A program made the position numbers and the translations under genes. From Malacoraja senta (Eukaryota), in contig CM075995.1 of assembly GCA_038087875.1 (NCBI GenBank), forward strand, positions 4,156,001 through 4,220,000: a stretch of 64,000 nt of DNA, written 5' to 3'. Of this stretch, positions 46,551 to 58,684 are shown piece by piece. The notes under the pieces are model-generated. The model saw only the letters and a program-made list of their open reading frames with translations, searched no databases and was not told the DNA's origin. Within the stretch, counting starts at the first letter, position 1; each line of letters starts with the position of its first letter.

Positions 46551-47002
46551 AAAGTGGGGGGCGAGAGGCGGCACCTGGACCGCACACGCTGCGGTCCACA
46601 ATCATTGATACCAAGCCGAGCCCAGTACCGCTAGCACAGCCTGACCAACAGCAGCGGACTGGAGGCAAATCAAAATGAAAAACTGACCGGCCGGTAATCT
46701 CTGATGACTCCGATGAGGAAGACTCTCCGCCTGAGAGCGGCAGAGGTAGCCGCCTGAGCCGCATGGAAAGGCTCATGGAGCAAATGATCCAGCGAGATTT
46801 GCTTCGGGAGCTGAAGCAGTCTCGCGAAGGGAGTTCAGGCACTCCCGCACCAGTGCCTTACAATGCACTGCCCATCGCTTCCCCCTCAGCCGAGGGCAGC
46901 GTTGGCGACCAGGGCTGGGCTGGTCAGGAACAGGGGTCACTGGCCGAAGATGTCGGGAGTACGCATGGGGTACAGGACCAGGAAGAGCTGCTGGGTGTGG
47001 TG

Positions 47003-47410
47003 AATCGGAGGAGGTGCAAGTGAACCTCTGCCTCACCTGGAAAGACTGTTTGGACCCCTGGATGGAGTTGAGTGGGGAGGTAAAGAGTTGCATCTCCTAC
47101 GGTTGCTGGGGAAAGTACCTGGGGAAGGGGTGGTTTGGGTGGGAAGGGACAAGTTGACCAGGGAGTTTTGGAGGGAACGGTCTCTGCAGAAAACAGAAAG
47201 GGGTGGAGATGTGGCCAGTAGTGGGATCCCATGGGAAGATGTGGCAAGTAGTGGGATCCCATTGGAGGTGGCAAAAATGTTGGAGGATTATATGCTGTGT
47301 GCGTCGGCTGATGGGGTGGAAGGTGAGGACAAGTGGTCTCTGTCCTTGTTACGAATGGGGGAGGGGGAGTAAGAGTGGAGCTGTGGGATATCAAGGAGAC
47401 CCTAGTGCAT
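47003..47410 (-). mobile_element. Penelope-like element internal fragment (linker and start of GIY-YIG)
   Basis: Remnants of PLVLTFHP, PGTFP and IQGSKQSFQVRQRFTCTSS. Confidence 0.75.
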
Positions 47411-48249
47411 GCCTCACATTTATTTAATTATTATTATTGTTATTTAGACGTGTATTTAAGGTTTCTATAAAGTAGACAAATGTATGCATCATATCAATTT
47501 ATTTTCTCACTCTCACTTGTTAACGAATATAAACTCAATGAGGTTTCATGTTTTCTGTTCCAATGTCTAATCCACATAAAGTAGATTAGCCTCTCTCAGA
47601 TCAGACAGGATTTGCATCTACACAAAGCTTGTCAGTACGTATGGCCTTTCATTTAATTCACTGAGTCACCAGTGTATAAATCAAATAACTCACCTTGAAT
47701 CTGTATTCCAAATCTGTATGACTCACATTGGAATCTGTATTCCAAAGTAAAATGGCAAGTTGAAAATGATTGCTTAATCCTCAATTGCGAAATTACAAAA
47801 TGGCAAACAGTCATTAAGAATGGCGCAACTGACATGAAACAATGAGAAGTATTAAGTACATCTTTTTCTGCATTTTTCCAAAGCAAGAGATGATTATATT
47901 GACATCCTCAGATCCTATATATATATAATCCTCAGTATATATAGTGGGATATAAAGGGGAGAAGGTAGGCACGGGTTATTGATTGGGGAAGATCAGCCAT
48001 GATCACAATGGATGGCGATGCTGGCTCGAAGGGCCGAATGGCCTCCTCCTGCACCTATTTTCTATGTTTCTATGTTTCTAATACAATTAATAGATTAGTA
48101 GAATATTATTTATTCTACCTATTAATACTATATATTAAGAATAGTAGAATACTATTTAACAGTATATATAGTTCAGTAGAAATATATATATGAAAATATT
48201 TGATGAAACAATGGGTTGACTGGGCTTGTATTCACTGGAATTTAGGATG

Positions 48250-48740
48250 AGGGGGGATCGCGGAGCAGGCGATGCCTACCTGGATCGCCGTTTGAAGCTC
48301 CGGAGTGCTGGGCCTGCAGCTTCAACATCGCGGAGCTGGGGTTTGTAGAGCTTCCAGCGCGGGCGGTGCTGACTCCAACATCGCGGAGTCCTGGGACCTT
48401 TTGCCGAGGGCCGCCAGCGTTGAATCTCCGCCTGTGAACTTCGGGAGTTCCATCATCCCGGCGAGGGCCTGAACATCGGGCCGACGTAGCGGTGACTGCG
48501 AGGGGTTCGGGAGCCCCCCGACCACAGGTGAACAACAGAGGACAACAGAGGGGGATGACTGAATTTTGGAGCCTTCCCTCACAGTGGGAAACTTTGTTCC
48601 ATTGTGTGGGGATGTCTATGTTAAAGACTATCGTGTTCTGTGCTCTTTATTATTCGTATGGCTGTATGGTGACCACACATTTCACTGTACCAATTGGTAC
48701 GTGACAAATAAATGTATCTTGTATCTTGTATCTTATATCT
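48250..48740 (+). mobile_element. GC-rich non-autonomous retroelement inserted in a CR1 3' end (48745-49118)
   Basis: TCCCTCACAGTGG…CCATTGTGTGGGGA hairpin, then GTGACAAATAAA and a (TGTATCT)n tail. Confidence 0.55.
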
Positions 48741-50289
48741 TACAGAAACATAAAATTCTTAAGGGATTGGACAGGCTAGATGCAGGAAAAATGTCCCCAT
48801 GTTGGGAGTCCAGAACCAACGGTCACAGTTTAAGAATAAGGGGTTGGCCATTTAGGACTGAGATGAGGAAAAACATTTCCACCCAGAGAGTTGTGATTCT
48901 GTGGAATTCTCTGCCACAGAAGGCTGTGGAGGCCAATTCCCTGGATGTTTTCAAGAAAATTTACCTCTTAGGGCTAAGAGAATCAAGGGATATGGGGAAA
49001 AAGCAGGAGCGGGGTACTGATTTTGGATGATCAGCCATGATCATATTGAATGGCGGTGCAGGCTCGAAGGGCTGAATGACCTACTCCTGCACCTATTTTC
49101 TATGTTTCTATGTTTCTAACATATACTTTTTTTTGACTGAACTTCTTTTCATTTATTATATTGTTTACAGAGTACTGTGTTTACATATTCTGTTGTGCTG
49201 CTGCAAGAAGCAATTCCATTGTTCTGTTTGGGACATATGACAATAAAACACTCATGACTCTTGATGAACAAAAATACATTAAAGTTCTTTATTTTGCATT
49301 TTGTTGCAGAGTAAGCTGGAAATCAAAGCAGCCAATTCACACTCTGCAAGGTTGCACAAATAATTAAGGATCAGAAAATAAACCTACTTTTGTGAATTAG
49401 GAACAATCGGCTTTAAAAGCAGGCTGGTTTAATTTCGATATAGTGGTGGGTGAATGAGGGACAAGGATTGATACAATCTGTGGTTGAGCCATTGAGTCAT
49501 AGAGTCACAGCACAGGAACAGGCCCTTTGGCCCATCTTCTCTATGCCAACTAAGATACCCATGCTGATCCCATTTCCTTGCATTTGCAGGGTGACCAAAA
49601 CTGCACACAATAAATTCAAGTCAGACCTCACCATCTATAGTAAAGAAAATTATTTAGTACAAACTAATAAAACCATCAATAACCATAATAGAAATAGATT
49701 GAGAAATCTGACCGAATTTCTTATGGTTAAAGTGCAAAACAGTGGAGTCTTATCTCTATTTAACATGTGTTAAACTTGACCTGGACCATTGCTTAAAGAT
49801 AACTTTTAATTCAAAGGTTCAAAGATCAGTTCATTTTCACATGTACCAATTAAGGTTCAGTGAAACTCGAATTCTGGAAGAGTTACTGATAATACCAAAG
49901 GATCTTTGGATAATACTAAGCCGCTAGACCTGCAATATCAATGTGTGGATGCATTAAGGCTCTTTGCTCTGCAGATTTGTCAGATGTGTTAATGCGATTA
50001 TGTTAAACAGCTTGCTACAACTGATAGAATGGTTATTAAATTAGTAGATATAAATTGAGAAACCCCACGTTGATATTGCAGATCTAACTTAAAGGCGAAG
50101 GTAATCAAGAAATAATGTTTAATATGTAGAACTATTTTTAATGAAATTTCAGGAAATGTAGAAATATGTACAAAGATTGTCCTCATATTAACCCTCAAGG
50201 CTCTGAATAACAGCATCACTGTATAATTGGATTCATACAGCACTCTTATCATAGTAAAATCTGACAAGTTGCTTCAGAGTGCGAGGATA

Positions 50290-50610
50290 AGTTTAGTTTA
50301 GTTTAGTTTAGAGATACAGCGGGGAAACAGGCCCGACGGCCCACCGGGTCCACGCCGACCAGCGATCCCCGCATATTAACACACACCAGGGACATTTTTT
50401 CTATCGCATTTTACCAAGCCAATTAAACTACAAACCTGTACGTCTTTGGAGTGTAGGAGGAAACTGAAGATCTCGGAGAAAACCCATGCAGGTCACAGGG
50501 AGAACGTACAAACTCCATACAGACAGTACCCGTGGTCAGGAACGAACTCGGGTCTCCGGCGCTGCAAGCGCTGTAAGGCAGCATCTCTACCACTTCGCCA
50601 CCGTGCTGCC
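50290..50610 (-). mobile_element. HE1-type V-SINE
   Basis: Reverse-complement copy with a (TAAAC)n tail. Confidence 0.8.
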
Positions 50611-50989
50611 TGCGTTGAGGCTTTGGATTGTGAGGCTTTGGCAAGGAGGCTGAGAAGAGGGTGATTGCAAGATAAGGCAAGGTCTTCAAGTAACCCTTTC
50701 TTTCCCTCTCTCTCCATCCCTCCTCCATCCAAGTTCTCCGAGCAGTCTTACTGTCTCCGACTACATTTTATCTCTGTTTGCTTTGTTGTTACCTTCTCCC
50801 AGCTAACAATGATCTATTCTACAATTTCCTGGATCTCCAATCCCTTTGACCTGTTTTCAAACCTTCGCACTTCCTTATCTATCTATCTTCCTCCCCCCTG
50901 ACGTCAGTCTGAAGAAGGGTCTCGACCCAAAATGTCACCCATTCCTTCTCTCCAGAGATGCTGCCTGTTACTCCAGCATTTTTTAATAG

Positions 50990-51841
50990 AATTGAATTGA
51001 ATTATCCTTTATTGTCATTCAGACCTTTCGGTCTGAACAAAATTTTGGCAGTCATACATATAATAATAAATATCAAAAACACACAATAAACACAAATTTA
51101 ACATCCACCACAGTGAGTTCACCAGGCACCTCCTCACTGTGATGGAAGGCAAAAGTCTTAAAGTTTCTGTCTCTTCCCTCCTTGTTCTCCCTCTGCGCCG
51201 AGGCGATCCAGGCTTCAGATATTGTGACCCCGCCGGGTGATGGTAAGTAAGTCAGTCCCGCGGCTGAATCCAAGCACCGCGAACGGGCCCATTCAAACTC
51301 CGCGGCCCGGGGTGGTCGAAGCTGCCGAAGCTGCCGTCCTCCAGTCCAGAAGACGAAGCTGTTGTTGCTGGAGCTCCGGAAAAACAGGTCACCAACCTGT
51401 GACCTGCGAGCTCCCGACGATGTTGTCCACTGGGCCCGCGGCCGAGTCCACCGGGCCCGCGGTGGACTCACTTCTGCCGTCTGAACGCCGGAACGCCGCC
51501 CCAACTCCGAAGTTGAGTCGCCACTGCCGCCGGAACGTCGGAACGCCGCCATAGCTCCGAGTCGCCGCTGCCGCTGGAACGCTGCCACAGCCCCGAGGCC
51601 GCCAGCTCCGCCATTAGGCCTCGGCGCAGATGGAGACGGGGGATACGACAAGAAAAGTCGCATCCCCCCCGAAGGAAGAGATCAAAAACATGTTTCTCGC
51701 CCCCCTCCCCCCTCCCCCCACACAGATACACAACCTAATAAACCAAAATTAACTAAAACAGAACAAAAGAACAACAACAAAAAAGAAAAAAACAGACGGA
51801 CTGCAGGCAAGCTGCAGCTGCTAAGGCAGCGCCGCCATCTT
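50990..51841 (-). mobile_element. GC-rich non-autonomous retroelement, unclassified
   Basis: Starts AAGATGGCGGCGC (YY1-like), carries the 3' hairpin and a TGACAATAAA/(ATTCA)n tail; inserted in a Penelope-derived repeat. Confidence 0.6.
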
Positions 51842-52629
51842 ATCCCATCTTTTGTGTCTATCTTTGGTTTAAACCAGCATCTGCAGTTCCTTCATACACA
51901 TAATGAACTGGGGTTGGGGACTGGACATTGTGCCTTCCCCCACAGTGGTAATCATTGTGGGGGTATGATTTTTGTGTGTAATGTGTAGTGTCTATGTTAG
52001 TCTATGTCCAAGATGGCGGTCGGAAGGGAGAGTGGACGCTGGCGCGCTTTAGCAGCCGCTGCTCTCTCTTCCATATTGTGTTTTTGATTTTTGTTTGGGG
52101 ATTTAATTCTATCTTTAATTTGTGTACTGGTGATGTCTTTGCTATTTATTTCATTCCGCTTACATGTTTCTACACTATGTGTTAAACTTTGTAAGGTGTC
52201 CTTGAGACTTTGTGAAAGGCGCCCATAAATAAAATGTATTATTATTATTATTATTATAAGGTGTACACATACAGGTTCTTCTTTATAGTAGGGTGGCATT
52301 TAGAGCACTGGTATGCTCCTACTTTAGGGTGAGGGAAGTCAGGGAAACTTTCAGAAAATTTGGAATGGAATAGAATAGAATACGTTATTGTCACATGTAA
52401 CCAGCCACGGGTGAATAAGGAAGGAGGAGGAGGAATGTCTGAACTGTATTAGCTTCCACCACAGTGACGAATGCTGTGGCAGATGTCTGTGTTGAATTAT
52501 GTTGTGTATTGTGTCCTTGTTAAATTGTAACGCTGCATGGTAAATTACATTTCACTGCACCTTATGGTGCTTGTGACAAATAAATTTGACTTGACCTTGA
52601 AATTATTTGCTGAATATCCAGTGTATTTT

Positions 52630-52935
52630 AAGGTCGGCACAGTGGCGCAGCGGTAGAGTTGCTGCCTTACAGTGCCAAGTCCTGACTATGGGTGCTGGGT
52701 CTGTACGGAGTTTGTACGTTCTCCCCATGACCTGCGTGGGTTTTATCCGGGATCTCCACTTTCCTCCCACACTCCAAAGACGTACAGGTTTGCAGGTTCA
52801 TTGGCTTGATAAAATTGTAAATGGTCCCTGGTGTGTGTAGGATAGTGTTAGTGTGCAGGGGTCGCTGGTCGGCGTGGACTGAGTGGGACGAATGGCCTGG
52901 ATCTCTAAACTAAACAAAACTAAGCTAAACTAAAC
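52630..52935 (+). mobile_element. HE1-type V-SINE
   Basis: Head, V-domain and (TAAAC)n tail. Confidence 0.8.
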
Positions 52936-54129
52936 ATGTGGGAAGAGCGCAAGGCAGCATCTCCTGACTGACCACGTGAAGGAAGTGGAGCCGCAGGAGG
53001 ATGACCTCAGTATTGTCCAGGAAATTGAGGGCTTCATAGATAAGATTTATATTGAGGTGGTCACATCTAAGGCACAGGCAAAAAATAGATATGTGACCAC
53101 CAGGAAAAGGAGTAGGCAGAGAGAGGGCAGGAGTTGCCTGTGACTATTCCTTGGGAAACAAGGGTGCTCTTTTAGATACTGATGGGGGATGACTGTTGTA
53201 GGGAGAGCAGTCAGATCTGTGGCATCAAACCTGGCTCTAAGGCACAATGAGGATGAAGGGTGATCTTATCCAAGATCGTTTTCAAGAGAGAGTTAGATAT
53301 AGCTCTCAGAGCTAACGGAATCAAAGGATAAGGGGAAAACGTAGGAAAGGGGTAATGACTTTGGATGATCAGCCATGATCATATTGAATGGTGGTCCTGG
53401 CTCGAAGGGACGAATGGTCTACTCCTGCACCTATTTTCTATGTTTCTAGATAGAGGTATATAAAATTATGAGAGGAATAGATCAGGTAGATGCACAGAGC
53501 TTCTTGCCCAGAGTAGGTGAATCGAGGACCATAGGATTAAGGTGAAGGCGTAAAGATTTAATAGCAATCTTTTTCACACAAAGGGCGTGGGTTTATGGAA
53601 CAAGCTGCCAGAGGAGGTAGTTGAGGCAGGGACTATCCCAACGTTTAAGAAACAGTTAGACAGGTACATGGATAGGACAGGTTTCGAGGGGTATGGGCCA
53701 GGTGGAACTGGTGTAGCTGGGACATGTTGGCCGGTGTGGGCAAGTTGGGCCGAAGGGCCTGTTTCCACGCTGTATCTCTACACGCTGTGACTCTGTCTGG
53801 AGGGGAGGAATAGGTGAAGTTTCGGGTCGAGACCCTTCATCGTTTGTATCTACCTACGGTGTAAACCAACATCTGCAGTTCTTTCTTGAGAAATGTTTAA
53901 GAAAGAACTGCAGATGTTGGTTTACACCGTAGATAGACACAGACGATGAAGGGTCTCGACCCGAAACTTCACCCATTCCTTCTCACCATAGATGCTGCCT
54001 GTCCCGCTGAGTTACTACTGCATTGTGTGTCTACCTTCGAAAAGAAGTGAACCCTTTGAAATGCTGCTGGGGAGATGACTGTTACGGGGAGAGCAAGGAA
54101 TGGTTCTGTCGTTTGTAAAAGTTTGCATT

Positions 54130-54260
54130 TGTCAGCTGCGTGGGGCGAGCCCTTGGTGTTGGGGCCGGCGCCGGCGCCGCCTCCGCCTCCCCGCTCGCCG
54201 CCCACCGCATCCACCTGACTGCCGTGCAGAGCGGCACAAGCGCCCAGCGGCTGCCGATCT

Positions 54261-54293
<33 letters not shown>

Positions 54294-54430
54294 TGAGCCA
54301 CTCGCAACCATGGCACAGCAGCGCTGAGAGCCCGGGCTCCGGCCGCCCACAAGCAAGAGGACGACAGGCAGCTGGCCCCGGACAGCGTGCGGACACGCCA
54401 CATCCAGGACCATTTGCAGGCAAGGCTCAG
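54130..54430 (+). promoter_or_regulatory. nrsn1: CpG island: probable promoter and non-coding first exon of nrsn1
   Basis: Non-repeat CpG-dense island with (GAGCCG)n, 6.6 kb upstream of the nrsn1 ATG exon. Candidate donors are CAG|GCAAGG (54419/54420) and CAG|GTTGGG (54430/54431). Assignment to nrsn1 is inferred. Confidence 0.55.
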
Positions 54431-54469
54431 GTTGGGAGGGAGGGCTGGGTAGCAAAGTTAAAATGAAGT

Positions 54470-54990
54470 GGGGAGAGGGAGAGGGAGAGAGGGAGAGAGA
54501 GAGAGGGGGGAGAAGGAGGGAGAGAAGGAGGGAGCGGGAGAGGGAGAGGGAGAGGAAGAAGAGGAAGGAAAATGAAGGGAGAGGAGGGAGGGGAGGGGAG
54601 GGGAAACGGCGGGAGGTAGGGGAGAGGGAAAGGAGAGGGATAGGGAGGGGAGGGGGAGGGGGAGGGGAAAGCAGAGGAGAGGGAGGGAGAGGGAGAGGAG
54701 AGGGCGGGAGACAGAGAGGGAGAGAGAGGGGGGGAGAAGGAGGATAGTGAAGGGAGAGGAGAAGAGGGGAGGGGAGAGGAGAGGGCGGGAGGGAGAGTGA
54801 GAGAGGAGAGGAGAGGGGGGTTGAGAGGGAAGAGAGGGAGGGAGGAGAGGGAAGAGAAGGAGGGAGGGGAGAGGAGAGGGCGGGAGGGAGAGTGAGAGAG
54901 AGGAGAGAGAGAGAGAGAGAGGGGGGTTGAGAGGGAAGAGAGGGAGGGAGGAGAGGGAAGAGAAGGAGGAGGGAGGGGAGAGGAGAGGGG
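54470..54990. repeat. GA-rich low-complexity tract
   Basis: Almost pure purine sequence. Confidence 0.95.
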
Positions 54991-55482
54991 CTAGGGTGCA
55001 GGGGACGGGCCGAATGTGCCGGGATAAGGGACTGACTGCTCCCTCTCCCTGGCTCGCTGAACCGGGATTGGGTGCCCAATTTACCCTCCACCACCCCGCA
55101 CATAGTCAGCCCCAGCCCGGACAATGGGCCCTGGTTGCTTTCGGAAGCCTTCTGACTTCAAGAGGAAAAAAACATTATTTAATTAAAAACAAAACATAGC
55201 GCCTCTGTTTGGGTAACAAGATATCTATGTATATTTGACCTGTTAGATGCGCCTTCTTACTTTGTTTTAAATGCAGTGTGCAGTTGGATCCTTTTGCCCT
55301 ACAAGGATTGTTTTTAATATATTTAAAAAAGCAAATGGGAACATACTGAAAGTTGAAGGGTTTTGTTATTGAGTGTGGAGTCTGTAGACTGCTGGGGCTG
55401 GGGTTAGTTTGAACGGCATGTTTGCAGGTGGAGTTTCCACGGCCTCCACCAAAGCCACTGGGATTGTGATGTCGAGGGAGCT

Positions 55483-55503
55483 TTCAGCACCATGGAGAGC
55501 AAC
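55483..55503 (+). promoter_or_regulatory. RE1/NRSE (REST-binding site)
   Basis: TTCAGCACCATGGAGAGCAAC versus consensus TTCAGCACCACGGACAGCGCC, with the canonical 2-nt spacer. Confidence 0.75.
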
Positions 55504-55584
55504 TGGACGGCTGGGACTATAACAGCGGAAAGAATGCGTTTGACCGGCAGAAAATCTCACGCCGATTTCACGCCTCGCTGATCT

Positions 55585-56025
55585 TAATGAGTGGGTTAAC
55601 CTATGATGAGCGTTTGTCGACTGTATTGGCTCGAGTTTAGAAGAATGAGAAAGGGGGGGCACATTGAAACATACAGAGTAGTGAAAGGCTTGGATAGAGT
55701 GGATGTGGAGAGGATGTTTCCACTAGTGGGAGAGTCTAGAACTAGAGGTTCTCAGAATTGAAGGACGTTCTTTTAGGAAGAAGATGAGGATAAATGTCTT
55801 TAGTCAGAGGGTGGTGAATCTGTGGAATTCTTTGCCACAGAAGGCTGTAGAGGCCAAGTCAGTGGATATTTTTTAAGGCAGAGATAGATAGATTCTTGAT
55901 TAGTACGGGTGTCAGAGGTTATGAGGAGAAGGCAGGAGAATGGGGTTAGGAGGGAGGGATTGATCAGCCATGATTGAATGGTGGAGTAGACATGATGGGC
56001 CGAATGGCCTAATTCCTTATGACAT
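55585..56025 (+). mobile_element. CR1/HER1 LINE 3' fragment
   Basis: KGLDRVDVERMFPLVGESRTRG…VVNLWNSLPQ and the family 3' UTR. Confidence 0.8.
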
Positions 56026-56649
56026 TAAGAAACATAAGGCAGATGTAGCTGTGGTGGAGATACACCCAGTTTCAGGAGCTGTGAATTGCAAGGAATATTG
56101 AGTGATTAAGTTTGGAGGTTATAAATAAGGAATTATCCCTGAGAAATCAAGAAAAAATTGAGTAGTTTACTACAGAGGTGGGAAAAGATGGTCTTGACGT
56201 TGTAGTTTCATGCTTGAATTAGATTCAAGAAGGCCAACCTTAAAGGTTTAGCCTTGAAGGAAAGTCAAGTGTAGGTCCAGAAGGTTTAGAAAGGAGATTC
56301 AAGAAAATAAGCTAGTTTGCAGACTTTTTTTTGAAATGGTCAAACAGACTCAAACCTATTTCTCATTAGTCAAAAGAATAACAATGCTTGCGAGGAGGAA
56401 GAACTGCTGTCATTGTCATTACTGTCATGCTGTGAGTGGATGTTGATTCTACACATACAGAATTTGGATTCAACTAGGATACCCCCCCCCCTCCCCCAAG
56501 CAACCAGTAATATAACAGTAGGTACTGGCATAATCCATTAATTTAAAATAAATTGAAATGTGAGAAAAAGTGAACATATTGTTCTGCAGGTGTGGATTGC
56601 GAGGACAATGGTGGTCTTCATAGATGCTGTGGGGATTTCAGTATGTGTA

Positions 56650-57235
56650 CATAGAGTCATAGTCATACAGCATCGAACCAGGACCTTCAGCGCAATTTGT
56701 CCATGCTGACCAAGATGCCCATTTTTGTTAGTCCACATTTGGCCCTTATCCCTGTAAACCTTTATTATCTCTGTAAAGGTTGACATAGACAGATGAGCAA
56801 GTGTCTTTTAAATATTGTTATTGTACCTGCTTCAACTACTTTCACTGGCAGCTCATTCCATAACCCCACCACCCTCTGAGTTGCCCCCCTTTCACCTCAA
56901 ACCTATGTTCTCTGGTTCTTGATACCCCTTACCCTGGGTGAAAGACGCTGTGCATTCACCCTATCAATTTCCCATGATTTTATACACCTCTATAAGATCA
57001 CCCCTTCACCTCCTGCACTGCAAGGATTAAAGTAATGGCTTGCCCAATCTCTCCCTATAGCTCAGGCACCCGAATCCTGGCAACATCTTCGTAAATCTTC
57101 TCTACACTCTTTCCAACTTATTGATATTATTCCTGTAGGAGGTTGACCAAAACTGAACATAATATTCCAGATGCATCCTCACCAGTGTATTCTGCAACTG
57201 AATGATGGCTAATGTGCCGAATGCCTTCTTTACTA
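56650..57235 (-). mobile_element. Decayed CR1 LINE 3' fragment
   Basis: Reverse-complement CR1 RT C-terminus and (CTATGA)n tail. Confidence 0.7.
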
Positions 57236-57349
57236 CTTACGGTCCGCTCATAATTTGGCATGGCAGCTGGAAACCAGTGCCATAATTGTGAAGGAGAAGG
57301 ATTTAGGGCATATCTCTTTGTGAGAGCTATTTATTTTAATTTATATTAA

Positions 57350-58684
57350 CAAAGCGGACAGTAAATATATAAGAAGAACCCAATTATTCACAACACAATT
57401 CGAATTTGGAAACAAATAAAACAAACTTTGAAAGTAAGAAATTTATCGCTTTTAACTCCAATAGTAAATAACCCCTCATTCAAGCCATCTCTTATTGATA
57501 AAGCATATACCTTTTGGGAAAGATTAGGAATTAAAAGCTTTGGAGATTTGTATGAAATGGGAATCTTTTTATCATTTCAACAACTACAATTAAAATACAA
57601 CTTGAAAAATAATCAATACTTTAAATACCTTCAAATTAGAGATTATTTGAAACAACACATACAAGGATATCAAAATATAACTTTAGATTCACTAGATAAA
57701 GCGATGAATATTAAAGCAGATTCAAGCAATTTAATATCATACATAATATTATTTTAAATATAGAACCTCCATCGACAGAGGCAATTAGAGTAGATTTGGA
57801 ACAAGAATTACAGATAAAAATTGCGAAAGAAGCATGGGAAAAATACCTGATATATATACATAAATGTTCGATTAATGTAAAACATAATTTAATCCAATTT
57901 AAAATTTTACATAGACTATATTACTCGAAAACTAGATTGAATAAATTGTATCCAAATATCTCACCAATATGTGATAAATGCTTAGTTGAGAATGCCACTA
58001 TAACACGCTCTTTTGTCTCCTGTATAAAACTTCATACATTCTGGAATGAAATTTTTGAAATTTTTACAAAATTATTTAATAGAAGACTGGAACCGAATAC
58101 AGAATTGATTATCTTTGGATCAATGGAAGATGGGAATACGCTAAATACGTATCAAAAATCCTTACGGTTTAATAATGGCAAAAAAAATCATACTTAAATT
58201 TTGGAAAAATTCGCCAACACCAACGGTGAAAATGTGGATTTCAAATATGTCAGAAACGGCATATCTTGAAGAAATACGACTCCTAGTAGGTAAGGTAGAC
58301 CTCTTCTTATTGATATGGTCTCCCTTTATCGACTTTCTACAAGCATATGGTGCAACACAATCATAGAAATATAATGGTTCAGAACAGGTGACTATTATCA
58401 AATAGACATCGCTTTCAATCTCCTTTCCTCTTCTCTTTTGTTTCTTTTTTCTTTCTTTCTTCTCTTCTTTTTTCTCCTCGGTTTTTTTCTAGGGCTATTT
58501 ACTATCTCACGCAACACTTCATCTCAATCTTTCCTTTTGTAATCTTTCATTTCTTATTTTTGCTTCATTATTAAATTAAAAATAAGAAGTTGTATATGAA
58601 ATGTAATATGTCAATAAGTATTAGGTACTTTGGTGCCACATTATTGTACTTACTTCTAAAAAATAAATTAAAAAAAAAAAAAAA
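57350..58684 (+). mobile_element. L1-clade LINE 3' end (ORF2 C-terminus, 3' UTR and poly-A)
   Basis: IQFKILHRLYYSKTRL…CDKC…SF.SC.KL..FW zinc-knuckle region; AT-rich; AATAAA followed by an A-tract at ~58670-58684. Confidence 0.85.

Larger units (their letters stand above)
44166..47002 (-). mobile_element. DIRS1-like tyrosine-recombinase retrotransposon, truncated and rearranged
   Basis: YR, RNase H and methyltransferase remnants plus an ~80-bp inverted pair (44166-44246 / 44392-44470), matching the right-end extension/ICR architecture. Confidence 0.85.

Noticed and set aside
53969..55199. ORFs of 144-330 aa over the CpG island and GA tract
   Set aside because: GC-rich or low-complexity open frames with no domain signal.
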